Position numbers and translations under genes: made by a program. The notes under the pieces are model-generated. The model was not told the DNA's origin, did no database searches, and saw nothing but the letters and a program-made list of their open reading frames with translations. From Candidatus Latescibacterota bacterium (GTDB lineage: Bacteria > Latescibacterota > UBA2968 > GCA-2709665), in NCBI GenBank assembly GCA_965203805.1, contig OZ241917.1, forward strand, positions 3,936,001-4,000,000: a stretch of DNA of 64,000 nt. Reading direction: 5' to 3'. Every line of letters begins with the position of its first letter. Position 1 is the first letter of the stretch. Positions 30,338 to 40,367 of the stretch are shown here, one piece after another.

Positions 30338-32674
30338 ATGAAATCCAGGATACTCTATTCCATACCCGGTATACTCTTGCTGTGCTATTTCGGATGTTCA
30401 CCAAAGGAAACGGTGACCGTATCAGGCGCTGTGAGCCATCCTGGAGGCGTGGCTTACCGGCCTGAATGGAGGGTTCAGGACTACGTGACCGCCGCCGGCG
30501 GATACCTGGCCGAGGCGGATACAGGTCGCGTCGCTCTGGTCCGGTCGATGCCGGATAGCCTGACTACAGAGAAACGGACAAGTTCGGGTAGATGGATGTT
30601 AAAGGACGCCCCTGCTTTGATGCCTGGCGATCTGATTTCTGTGCCGCTGAAAGCATATCGGGTGAGGTTCGATACGGTGCTCGTGGTTGAGAATATGAGA
30701 CTGACATGGAATGAGCACGTTTATCGCCTGGAGCGCGGACGGGCTGTGCCCGTCATGACAACGCGGGGCGCCGTAGCTGCTGTGGTTTTCGGCAAGGGGG
30801 AGGTTGTCCGGGCGGCCACCGGGAAGGTGGTTGGTCCGTTCCAATATCTGTATCTGACGATGCATCCCGACAGTTACGAAGCGCTTGTACCGGCGTTGAG
30901 GAAGCCGGTCACGGATCGGGACGCGCAAGAAGATGCCGAAGCGTTGCACCGATCTTTGTTCCAAAAGTCAACGTTCTGGTACGGCAGCCTGGCGCAACTA
31001 CCTCCCCAAGGTCATTTTCGTGTCCAGGCCGGCGTCTGGCTCAAACCGAAAAATGATTCCTTTCCCGGAAGGGGCGTCCGCAAGCATCATTACGGGGACG
31101 GCCGAGTGTGGACGACGTTTCCTGATGGACGGCAGCGATGGCGATACCCGGACGGTCGTGTGGTGATGCGGTTTCGCGATAAGACTCGGGAAATGCGGTT
31201 TCCCGATGGCTCGGTCCGATTTGTGAACACGCTGGGTGGCGTGAAAACGACGTTTCCGGACGGACGGATGGTGTTCAATGACGCCGACGGCAATCAGCAC
31301 CGTATGTACAAAGACGGACGCCAGGAATGGAAGCGTGCGTCCGGGAACCGGATTACGATTTATCCCGACGGGCGCCGTGTGCATCGGTTTGTAAGCGGGA
31401 CTGTGCGTACGGTGCATCCGAATGGCGTGGAACGGACGTCATTCACGGACGGCACACGCCATGTTCTCTATCCTGGAGGAACGGTGGAAATCACGGTACC
31501 GGGCGGTGTACGGGAGACGCGTTATCCAGATGGAAGTGTCCTTGCAATCACACCTGCCGGGCATCGGATAAAGGTCTTCAGAGATGGGCGGGAGTTTACG
31601 CTAATGAATGACGGGACGACGATTGACCAGTTTCCGGATGGACGAAAAATACAGAAAAATCCCACCGGAGTGAAAGTGGAGATTTCTGCGGATCAATCCC
31701 GGCGGACCGTTTATCCGGACGGTTCGGAAACGGTACGTCGTCTCGATGGCGTGCGGGTTGCGCGGCTTGCAGACGGGACGGTGATCGAGGAGTTTACGGA
31801 TGGGAGGATTTTGCAGACCGATACATCAGGAGTACGAGTCGAGTTTCTTGCTCCTGATCGACATTTCGATACGGATCAAGGGGGGGACCGTGTACAGGAG
31901 CATGCTGATAGTACATCCGTGAGACAACTCGTGGAACCGTACCGGTACCGGGGCCCAATCCGGCGGGACCTGATCCGGCTGGAGCGTTTTCCGGAGCGCA
32001 TTTCTCCGGGCAGGGCTTCGTATGTCCAGGGATCAGTTGAGGAAGCCGTTAAAGAGATGTCAATGGCCGTGTTCTCGCTTCCGGACGGGGACGTGCAGGA
32101 TATGGAGATCGTCCATGACTCGGGGTATTTTGATGGAAGATTGCAGGTGGAAGAGCCTGGATTCTATCGGTTACAGATCCAATGCGAGCTGGAAGACGGC
32201 GATGTTGTAATGCTGGAAGATCGCATGCTGAAGGTCGGCAACCCGAAGCAACTCGAGACGCCTGTTTTTGAGGTTGCACCGTTTCCAGGCAACGCGGCTT
32301 CCGGCCGGCGGCTGGTGGAGATGGTGAATGAATTGCGCGTCAGGCGGGGGCGGATGAGATTGGAGTGGGCCGACGACCTAGCCGCCGCGGCGGCGTCCCA
32401 TTTGGAGCATTTGCTGGCGTACGGATCGCTGTCGCACTGGTCGCCTACACTTGGAGACCTGGAAAGCCGCCTCGAACGGCAGGACATTTCGTTCGTGGTG
32501 GCGCTCGAAAATCTGGCAACGGCGCCCTCACTGGAGGAAGCTCACTGGCAACTGACGTTAAGTGCCGAACACAGACGCAATATCCTGGATGACCGATTGA
32601 CGCATATCGGAGTTGCAGCAGCACGGGAGTTGGGTCAAGTGTGGGTGGTGGAAATTTTCAAGAGTGACAAGTAA
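30338..32674 (+). CDS. Lipoprotein with a long (Y/F)PDG beta-hairpin repeat region (TCP10/CENP-J G-box-like) and a C-terminal CAP/SCP domain
   Basis: Part of ORF 30293..32674. Lipobox LLLCYFGC. More than 20 DG/NG/GG turns about every 9 aa. CAP motifs VNELR, AAAAASH, ENLA, SAEHRRNIL, THIGVA. Confidence 0.75.
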   Translation: MKSRILYSIPGILLLCYFGCSPKETVTVSGAVSHPGGVAYRPEWRVQDYVTAAGGYLAEADTGRVALVRSMPDSLTTEKRTSSGRWMLKDAPALMPGDLISVPLKAYRVRFDTVLVVENMRLTWNEHVYRLERGRAVPVMTTRGAVAAVVFGKGEVVRAATGKVVGPFQYLYLTMHPDSYEALVPALRKPVTDRDAQEDAEALHRSLFQKSTFWYGSLAQLPPQGHFRVQAGVWLKPKNDSFPGRGVRKHHYGDGRVWTTFPDGRQRWRYPDGRVVMRFRDKTREMRFPDGSVRFVNTLGGVKTTFPDGRMVFNDADGNQHRMYKDGRQEWKRASGNRITIYPDGRRVHRFVSGTVRTVHPNGVERTSFTDGTRHVLYPGGTVEITVPGGVRETRYPDGSVLAITPAGHRIKVFRDGREFTLMNDGTTIDQFPDGRKIQKNPTGVKVEISADQSRRTVYPDGSETVRRLDGVRVARLADGTVIEEFTDGRILQTDTSGVRVEFLAPDRHFDTDQGGDRVQEHADSTSVRQLVEPYRYRGPIRRDLIRLERFPERISPGRASYVQGSVEEAVKEMSMAVFSLPDGDVQDMEIVHDSGYFDGRLQVEEPGFYRLQIQCELEDGDVVMLEDRMLKVGNPKQLETPVFEVAPFPGNAASGRRLVEMVNELRVRRGRMRLEWADDLAAAAASHLEHLLAYGSLSHWSPTLGDLESRLERQDISFVVALENLATAPSLEEAHWQLTLSAEHRRNILDDRLTHIGVAAARELGQVWVVEIFKSDK

Positions 32675-32777
32675 CTGAGAAATCGTAAGGCAAATTGACC
32701 GGCAGGCAAAGACCACTCACTTGTCCTTCCCGGTACAACTCCCCGGATTTGCCCGTCTGAGACGATTGGCTGCAACT

Positions 32778-35003
32778 ATGAGAGTTCGCTTTTCTATTCT
32801 GGTCATTGGAATAGCGCTGTATAGCGGCGGTTTAGCATTCGCAGACGACAGTAGAACGGCCGACGAATGTTACCGGATTGCAATGGAGCAGCTCGGCCAC
32901 GTGTCGGTCGAAGAGAGCGTCCGCGCATTAGAAGCCGTGCTGGTTCTGGATGGGAATTACGCTCCCGCGTACGGGGAAATCGCGAAGCTGTATATGTCCT
33001 TGAATACACCTCTGCATCGCCAAAGCGCAGAGAAGATGATTCGCAGGGCTATTCGCCTGGAACGCGAAAACGTTGCGTATCAGTTGCTGCTCGGCGATCT
33101 CATGTGGGCGCAAGGGTTTTTGTCGAACGCAAAACGACAATATGAAACCGTCTTAGCGCAGGAGCCCGGAAACGCACGAGCGGCGTTCGGCCTAGGTCAA
33201 TACTATTCGAAAGATTACATGAAGTATCGAAATATGATCGACGTGGAAGGCGAAGCCCTTCCGGTCGTATTGGAGTGGCGGCATTTCGCAAGCGAGTACC
33301 GTGAACGGGCAATCCGAAATCTCAGGCAGAGCATTCTACGCGACCCGGGGTTTAAAGATGCCTATTACCAGTTGGGCTTGGTTTATATGGAGGATATGAA
33401 ATCTGCCCCCGTCGCTGCGGGCAGAGCGCTGGTCAACGTCGCCAACTCATTATTAAAGGAGTACCCCGGGGACAAGGACGCATTGCTGTTCGTCGGTTTG
33501 GGCTATCATACCAGCGGATACCTGGATTATGCGCTAGGTTTTTACGTCCGGGCGCTTGATCGGATGGGCGTGGAGGAACGAATGATCATCGAATCGGTGG
33601 ATGTCGTCGCCGATGATGAAGAGCAGGCGCGTGTCTCGAACGCGGACTCGCTGATGAATAAGAAGGGCGCTCGGTGGGTGGAAAGTCCTGAGCGTGAACG
33701 ATTCTGGCTCAGACAGGATCCACTGTTGCTGACCCAGCACAACGAACGGCGAATGGAGCACTACCGGCGGGTGGCCTACGCCAATTTGCGGTTCAGCAAG
33801 CCGAGGAGGGGAATAGCGGGGTGTCAGACGGAAATGGGGAGGGTCTACGTCAAGTACGGAGACCCGCTCGGTCGGACGGTGACGCGCCCTGAGGTCGACC
33901 AGCGGGGACGAACCGTTCAGGCACACACCGAACTGTGGGCCTATGAGGGCTTTTCTTTTCGATTCAGGAACTGGAACGGGCTGGACGGGTGGCATTTTGA
34001 CGTGAGTTCTCTCGTATTTCCGTCCGGAGAATGGGTCCTCAAGCGCACGCCGCAGCGATATGTCGATCCCTATCGTCAGTTGAAATACAGCATGCCGTAT
34101 CAGATTGCGGCATTTCAAGATGCCGGCAAGATACGCCTGGAGGTCGCCTATGCCATTTCGAAAGAGAGATTGAAGATGTCAAACACGGGCGCCGTCGACC
34201 TGCAGGACGGGCTCTTCCTGTTTGACGGCGACTGGAAAGAGGTCTCACGGGCGGTGTATGCTACGCAGCGGCTTGAAGATGTTGGAGCACACAGTGTGAG
34301 GGGACGATACCTGCTTTCTAAGTCCACGCTGATCGTTGAACCGGGGTACTATAATCTCGTTGCTGAGGTTCAGGACCGCAGGACCCGGTCAATCGGGACG
34401 TTCAGGAAGACGTATTCGTTTAAAGCGCAAGAGACTTCGCCAGCAATGAGCGACTTGTTGTTGGCAACCAGCATTGAGATGGACGATCCATTTCCGACGC
34501 GGCGGCAGGACTTGAAGTTGGTGTTGAATCCACTACACACGTTCTATCGGACGGAATCGATATACATCTATTTCGAGATCTATGGTCTCACGCAGGATGA
34601 TTTCGGACGCACGAACTACGAGATTACGTACCAAATCGGCAGACCTGAAGAAAGCCAGGTTGCTCCCGAGAAATTCGAGTCCATTGGGCTGTCAACGCCG
34701 CCGGGAAATGTGAGTTTAATCCTTGGAACTGCCGCGTCGGATGCGATGGAGGAAATTCGGGTGAAATACACTCCATCCGAGCGAAACCGGGTAAACGAGG
34801 CGTTTCGCAACTACGAACCGGACAAAGGGGAAACCGCAGTTTCCGTTCGTTACGAAGGAGATCAGGAGAATGACTTCACCTACCTGGAAATCGACCTTCA
34901 GGAGATACCTGCAGGAGTCCATGCATTGACCGTAGAATTGAAGGATTTGAAAAGTCACGGACAGGGTGACGACCGTCACATGGTGTTCCGGGTGATCGAG
35001 TGA
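32778..35003 (+). CDS. TPR + GWxTD domain protein (degenerate GCQTE motif)
   Basis: Part of ORF 32721..35003. QDPLLLTQHNERRMEHYRRVAYANLRF...GCQTEMGRVYVKYGDP. Ends MVFRVIE. Confidence 0.88.
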   Translation: MRVRFSILVIGIALYSGGLAFADDSRTADECYRIAMEQLGHVSVEESVRALEAVLVLDGNYAPAYGEIAKLYMSLNTPLHRQSAEKMIRRAIRLERENVAYQLLLGDLMWAQGFLSNAKRQYETVLAQEPGNARAAFGLGQYYSKDYMKYRNMIDVEGEALPVVLEWRHFASEYRERAIRNLRQSILRDPGFKDAYYQLGLVYMEDMKSAPVAAGRALVNVANSLLKEYPGDKDALLFVGLGYHTSGYLDYALGFYVRALDRMGVEERMIIESVDVVADDEEQARVSNADSLMNKKGARWVESPERERFWLRQDPLLLTQHNERRMEHYRRVAYANLRFSKPRRGIAGCQTEMGRVYVKYGDPLGRTVTRPEVDQRGRTVQAHTELWAYEGFSFRFRNWNGLDGWHFDVSSLVFPSGEWVLKRTPQRYVDPYRQLKYSMPYQIAAFQDAGKIRLEVAYAISKERLKMSNTGAVDLQDGLFLFDGDWKEVSRAVYATQRLEDVGAHSVRGRYLLSKSTLIVEPGYYNLVAEVQDRRTRSIGTFRKTYSFKAQETSPAMSDLLLATSIEMDDPFPTRRQDLKLVLNPLHTFYRTESIYIYFEIYGLTQDDFGRTNYEITYQIGRPEESQVAPEKFESIGLSTPPGNVSLILGTAASDAMEEIRVKYTPSERNRVNEAFRNYEPDKGETAVSVRYEGDQENDFTYLEIDLQEIPAGVHALTVELKDLKSHGQGDDRHMVFRVIE

Positions 35004-35177
35004 AATCTATTGTACGATTGCGTGTCACACTCAACTTCGACGGCCGAATTGTGTCTTGCCTCGCGTCTCTTGCGTGAGTCGCTCGAGACGTTCTAAATCT
35101 TGTCGTTACCGAACCGACGCAAACGGTGTCTTATTGGCTTTCAGTTACAACTCGACGCGACCTTGAGAACTTGTGCG

Positions 35178-37619
35178 ATGTCAGACCGACGTAGACACAA
35201 TACAAAGAGTAGCGGGACGCGCTTGGCTGCGATAGCCTGCGCAGTTGTGTGCGTCGGATTCTGTCTCGCGTCGCCGGTTGCCGCCAGCACGAAGCAGGCA
35301 GCCGAGAGGCTCTACGAGACGGCGCTAGAGCAGGTCGGTCGCGTCACCGTTGAGGAGAGCGTGAAGGCCTTCCGTAAGGTATTGAAGGCGGACCGGGACC
35401 ACGCGCCGGCCCATTATGAAATCGCGAAGCTGTATCTGTCCCTTGACACGCCCATGGATCGAGAAAGCGCAATGAAGGCGGTCAAAGAGGCCATTCTCCT
35501 GGATCGTGACAAGGTGAGTTATCGACTGTTGAAGGCGGATATCCTGTGGACGCAGGGATCCTGGTACAATGCGGTAAACGAGTACAAGAAAGTGCTGAAG
35601 TTCGATCCGAAAAACGCAAAGGCAGCCTACATGATCGGGCGCCATGGAATCAAGAACTTCATGAAATATAACGATAAGTTCATGATGAACGGGATATCGG
35701 GATTCAGCCGAAGAGAACATTCGCGAACCAGACACTCGTGGAGCTTTTTTGGCATTGAGGAGTTGGATGAAGCCGTCACGTACCTGAAGGCGTGTATCGA
35801 GGCGGATCCTCAGTTCAAAGATGCGTACTTTCAATTGGGGCTCGCCTGCTATGAAGCAAATCGGCCTGATGAATTGATACAGGTGGCAAACCTGCTGATA
35901 GAGCGCGTGCCTGAGGACAAGGATGCGCTGCTCTTCTGCGGACTCGGATACCAGGCTCTAGGCGACGAGACATCGGCGCATGAATTCTATATGCGAGCGC
36001 TTCAGAGAATGGCGCCGGCTGAGCGTGCGGTGATGGAATCGGTAGACGCCATTATGCCGGACGCGGAGCGTGCGAACCTGGACGACCTTCATCGTGAACG
36101 GGAGACGGTCGGAGGCACGCGTCAACCCTGGGTCGACAGTGTGGAACGAGTTCGATTCTGGCGGCGGCAGGACCCGCTGTATCTGACGGAATTCAATGAA
36201 CGCCGCATGGAACATTACGGCCGGGTCGCTTATGCGAATTTACGGTTCAGTCGACCCACAAAGGGCATTGAGGGCTGGCGGACGGATATGGGCAAAGCGT
36301 ATATCAAACTGGGACGATATCTGGACAGACGCGTGCGGCGCCCGACGATAACTTCCGTCATTCCGATAGACAGGCCCAGCGTCTTCGGCAGGTCTCTACC
36401 AGGAAAACGGATACCCTGGAGGCTGATGATGCAGCAAGAGACGTGGTTCTACGAGGGATTTCGGGTTGATTTTCAGTTATCGGACGGATTCCACGGCTTT
36501 TCTCCATCTCGTTTGCCAGACCGGACGCGGTACGTCGATCCTTACGGCCGGATGAAATACCGCGTGCCTCACCAGGTCGCGAGTTTCAGGAACGGAGACA
36601 GCCTCAGGGTGGAACTGGCGTATGCGCTGCCCAGATACAATGTGACCGTATCGGAATCGGACAGGAGCATTGCGCTCGAAAACGGCGTATTTCTGTTTGA
36701 CGAGCGTTGGGACGAGGTCTATCGGAAGCGGTCGGACCTTAAACTGAAGTGGCCCAGGTTGGCGCCCAGCCGATATCCCGCCGCGGACAGCCTGCGGAAT
36801 AATCATCTGGTTTTCCAGGTACTGTTCAGGCTGGCGCCGGGCACGTACCACCTGGTTGGCGAATTGAGGGACGCCGTGCGAGGATCCATCGGCACGTTCC
36901 GGCAGCACCGGGAATTCGAGGCGGTGGGGTCTTCGCTGGCGATGAGCGACCTGCTGCTGGCCGCACAGATCGATTCGAGAACGGCTTTTCCGGAAGAACG
37001 GAAGGACCTGGACATCGTGGCCAATCCGCTGCGGACCTACCATCGCTCGGAGCCTGCGTTTATCTACCTGGAAGTGTATAACCTGGAGCGGGACGAATTC
37101 GGTCGATCGGAGTACGAGATCGCCTATCGGATAGGACACACGGAGCAGAGAAGGATCGATCCGTACCTGTTCGTGGCGCAGCGGCTGCCCCAGGGCGGCA
37201 GACATTTGGAAGTGTCTCGTGTCTCGAGGACTCATGAGCCGGGTATGCGCCGTCCACCACGAATTTCGGAGGAAGAAGAAGAAGAACAGCGGCGCCAGGG
37301 TCTGCCCGTGGTGCAGCAAGAGGTCGTTCCGGACTATTTCGATGCGAAGAGGAAGGATGAGTTGACGTACCGGGCGAGATTCGTATTTCCCGAAGAGGAT
37401 AAGCTTGCCAGCCGGATCAAAAAGATGGGCCGGAGCAAAGAGGGTGTGGAGACCACGATCACGGCCCAGTATGTGGGCAACCGGGAGGATGACTTCACGT
37501 ATCTGCAGATTGACCTGAGTCACGTGCCTGCGGGTGTGCACCGTCTATCGGTGCGGGTCAGAGATATGCATACTGGCCAGGAAGCGTCGCGGGAGGCGTT
37601 GTTCCGGGTGATCGATTAG
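35178..37619 (+). CDS. TPR + GWxTD domain protein
   Basis: Part of ORF 35100..37619. Motifs QDPLYLTEFNERRMEHYGRVAYANLRF and GWRTDMGKAYIKLG. Ends LFRVID. Confidence 0.9.
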   Translation: MSDRRRHNTKSSGTRLAAIACAVVCVGFCLASPVAASTKQAAERLYETALEQVGRVTVEESVKAFRKVLKADRDHAPAHYEIAKLYLSLDTPMDRESAMKAVKEAILLDRDKVSYRLLKADILWTQGSWYNAVNEYKKVLKFDPKNAKAAYMIGRHGIKNFMKYNDKFMMNGISGFSRREHSRTRHSWSFFGIEELDEAVTYLKACIEADPQFKDAYFQLGLACYEANRPDELIQVANLLIERVPEDKDALLFCGLGYQALGDETSAHEFYMRALQRMAPAERAVMESVDAIMPDAERANLDDLHRERETVGGTRQPWVDSVERVRFWRRQDPLYLTEFNERRMEHYGRVAYANLRFSRPTKGIEGWRTDMGKAYIKLGRYLDRRVRRPTITSVIPIDRPSVFGRSLPGKRIPWRLMMQQETWFYEGFRVDFQLSDGFHGFSPSRLPDRTRYVDPYGRMKYRVPHQVASFRNGDSLRVELAYALPRYNVTVSESDRSIALENGVFLFDERWDEVYRKRSDLKLKWPRLAPSRYPAADSLRNNHLVFQVLFRLAPGTYHLVGELRDAVRGSIGTFRQHREFEAVGSSLAMSDLLLAAQIDSRTAFPEERKDLDIVANPLRTYHRSEPAFIYLEVYNLERDEFGRSEYEIAYRIGHTEQRRIDPYLFVAQRLPQGGRHLEVSRVSRTHEPGMRRPPRISEEEEEEQRRQGLPVVQQEVVPDYFDAKRKDELTYRARFVFPEEDKLASRIKKMGRSKEGVETTITAQYVGNREDDFTYLQIDLSHVPAGVHRLSVRVRDMHTGQEASREALFRVID

Positions 37620-37672
37620 ACTGCCGCAAACGGCGGTTGAATTCACAGTCGTCATGCCGGAGGGGCAAAGCG

Positions 37673-40045
37673 ATGAGACACCTGGTGGTCCTGGTGCTGG
37701 TGATGCTGGCGGCCGGTGAAGTACGCGCCGGGGCGACGGATGCCAGGATAGATTCGCTTTATCGTGAGGCAATGGCGCGGGTTGGCGAAGTGTCGGCAGA
37801 GGTGAGTATAAAGGCATTTGAGGACGCACTGAAGCTGGACTGGGAATTCGCGCCCGCGCACTATCAGATCGCCAGGCTTTACATGGAAATGAACACGCCG
37901 CTCACGCGCCAGAGCGCCCGCAAGGCGCTGAAGCAGGCGATGCGGCTCGATCCTGAAAACACGGACTATCGTATGACGCTGGGCGAGTTGTTCAGCAGGC
38001 AGGGATTCTGGTGGCATGCCGTAAGGCACTATGAGAAATTGGCGGACACGGAGCCGGAGAACGCCGAGGCGTCGTACTGGGCCGGGTATTATGCAGCGCA
38101 GGATTATCTACGTTATATCGACAGGCAGGATCCCTTCATCTATGTCGACAAAAACCTGGGAAGGATGTTCTACTGGAAAAACTTCGCCCTGCAGGACCTC
38201 GAGCGGGCCAGGACGCATTTTCAGCAGAGCATTGATGCGGACCCCGGACTCCGAGGCCCGTATTACCAGCTTGGACTCCTGCATTATGAGACCGGGCAGC
38301 CGAAAGAGATGATCCTGGTCTTCAAGCGATTTCTGGAACAGGCGCCTGAGGACAAGGATGCGTTCATGTTCTGCGGTCTGGGGTACCAGATGCTGGGTGA
38401 CATGGACGCGGCGGACAGCTATTACACGCTTGCCCTGGAGCGGATGAGCAACGAAGAACGCGCCATGATCGAGGCGGTGGATATTCTTGCATCGGCGGAG
38501 GACCGGAAGCGCATGGCGGAGGCGATCGCGTATGCCGACAACGGCGGGGATGAATGGCCGGACGTCGCGCGCGACCGTTTCTGGCGCAGACATGATCCGC
38601 TGTTTTTAACGTCGTTCAACGAGCGGAAGATGGCGCATTTTGGCCGCGTGGCGTACGCCAACCTGAGGTACAGCCGGCCTTTCAGGGAAATCGCAGGATG
38701 GCGGACGGACACGGGCAAGACGTTCATCAAGTTTGGCCGTTATATCAAACGAGTTTCCACAGGCAGGGCGAAAACCTGGTTTTACGAGTCGTTCAGCATA
38801 TCGTTCAAAAGCAGCGACGGGATGGACGGATGGCGGTTCGGTCTCGGGAAAGCCGGCGGAGGGAGCATCGGCAGGCAACTGGCAGATGTCCGGGTAACGG
38901 ACGGTCGGGATATGTACAACGTCACACAATGGAGGGATGACCTGGGCGACTTTTATTCAGGTAAGAATCGAATGGTACTGCAGAACCGGCCTTCGCCGCC
39001 CTCCCGGCATGTGTTTCGCGATACGCCGCAGCGGTTCATCGACCCCTATCGCGACCGGAAATACCGCATACCCCGGCAGATCGCCGCCTTTCAGGAGCGC
39101 GACAGTGTTCGCGTGGAGTTCGCCTATGCCATTCCGAAGTCACGGGTGCGCGTGAACGAACCGGAGGGCCTTCTGGACCTGGAGGACGGGGTGTTTCTGT
39201 TCGACGAGCAGTGGGACGAGGTCTACCGGAAGACAATGGACGTCACCATGCATTGGCCTGAATACGACAACGCGCCTGAAACGAAGAGTGACAGCCTGCG
39301 GCGCAACCACATGGTGTCGTACCGGACGCTGAGGGTAGCCCCGCGGCGGCATCGTCTTGTTGTGGAGGTCCGGGACCGCGGATCCGGAACCATTGGGACC
39401 TTCCGCGAGTTGCGGACATTCGGATCGCACGATTCGTTGCTGGCGATGAGCGATCTGCTGCTGGCGTCCCGGATCCGGCCGAGAACCGCGTTCCCCGAAG
39501 GCCGCGACGATCTGCTTGTCACCGCCAACCCGCTTCACACCTTCGGCCGGTCCGAGCCCGTCTTCCTGTATCTCGAGATCTACAATCTCAAGAAAGACAG
39601 ATTCGGCCGGACAAAATATCGGATTTCCTATCGGCTGACCCGGCCGGACCGCGAAGAAATCCATCCCGAACGCTTCGCCGCCCTGGAGGCGCCGGGCGCC
39701 GCCGCCAGGGTGGAGGTTCAGACCATCATCGAGGAACCTGTAATTGCCAGCGAGGACGACCTCTGGCGGGATGGGATTCAAGAATCCGTGAGGTATCGTG
39801 TGAAGTACATCCTCCCGGAACGAAACCGAATCTCCGAGGAGATCGAGAATACCCCTCGTTCATTGGAAGGCACTGAGACGACGGTCACGGCGCGATACGA
39901 GGGAGATCGGACGGATGACTTCACCTTCCTGCAGATTGAATCGAACGATACTCCCGCCGGTTTCCACAAGCTGATCGTTGCCGTAAAGGATCTCTACACG
40001 GGGCAAATCGCGAAACGGCACGTCGTGTACCGGGTTGTGGAGTGA
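37673..40045 (+). CDS. TPR + GWxTD domain protein, close paralog of the 27553 gene
   Basis: Part of ORF 37637..40045. MRHLVVLVLV signal and GWRTDTGKTFIKFG. Long shared peptide stretches with 27553..29922. Confidence 0.9.
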   Translation: MRHLVVLVLVMLAAGEVRAGATDARIDSLYREAMARVGEVSAEVSIKAFEDALKLDWEFAPAHYQIARLYMEMNTPLTRQSARKALKQAMRLDPENTDYRMTLGELFSRQGFWWHAVRHYEKLADTEPENAEASYWAGYYAAQDYLRYIDRQDPFIYVDKNLGRMFYWKNFALQDLERARTHFQQSIDADPGLRGPYYQLGLLHYETGQPKEMILVFKRFLEQAPEDKDAFMFCGLGYQMLGDMDAADSYYTLALERMSNEERAMIEAVDILASAEDRKRMAEAIAYADNGGDEWPDVARDRFWRRHDPLFLTSFNERKMAHFGRVAYANLRYSRPFREIAGWRTDTGKTFIKFGRYIKRVSTGRAKTWFYESFSISFKSSDGMDGWRFGLGKAGGGSIGRQLADVRVTDGRDMYNVTQWRDDLGDFYSGKNRMVLQNRPSPPSRHVFRDTPQRFIDPYRDRKYRIPRQIAAFQERDSVRVEFAYAIPKSRVRVNEPEGLLDLEDGVFLFDEQWDEVYRKTMDVTMHWPEYDNAPETKSDSLRRNHMVSYRTLRVAPRRHRLVVEVRDRGSGTIGTFRELRTFGSHDSLLAMSDLLLASRIRPRTAFPEGRDDLLVTANPLHTFGRSEPVFLYLEIYNLKKDRFGRTKYRISYRLTRPDREEIHPERFAALEAPGAAARVEVQTIIEEPVIASEDDLWRDGIQESVRYRVKYILPERNRISEEIENTPRSLEGTETTVTARYEGDRTDDFTFLQIESNDTPAGFHKLIVAVKDLYTGQIAKRHVVYRVVE

Positions 40046-40087
40046 AATATCCGGACTTAGCCTTAATTCGAAAGAAAACTACCGTTA

Positions 40088-40225
40088 AATTGGCCACAAA
40101 AAGCCCAAAGGGGATCGGTGCGAAACGGCGTGTGTCGTAACGCCGTGGCCCTGAACGAATTCCCATGTCTTTCGGCGACACGCACTGTAACAGAATAGCT
40201 GTTTTTGTGCCGCTTGTGGCAATTT
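40088..40225. repeat. Imperfect inverted repeat (GCCACAAAAAGCCCAAA ... TTTGTGCCGCTTGTGGC)
   Basis: Arms at about 40088-40109 and 40204-40225 are approximate reverse complements. Confidence 0.5.
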
Positions 40226-40291
40226 GCCTTGCATCGAAAAATCCAGCAAGCCGACACTGTGGAGAAGACTTCCGGAACGGGCCGAACGGTC

Positions 40292-40322
40292 GTCCGGAAG
40301 CCGCGGTGTCCGGGCTTTTTTT
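40292..40322 (+). terminator. Terminator-like hairpin plus T-run, copy of 27157-27189
   Basis: GTCCGGAAGCCGCGGTGTCCGGGC followed by T7 and GAACCCATGG, which also follows the first copy. Confidence 0.5.
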
Positions 40323-40367
40323 GAACCCATGGTTATACCATCAGATGTGAGAGAATGGGCGCATGAA

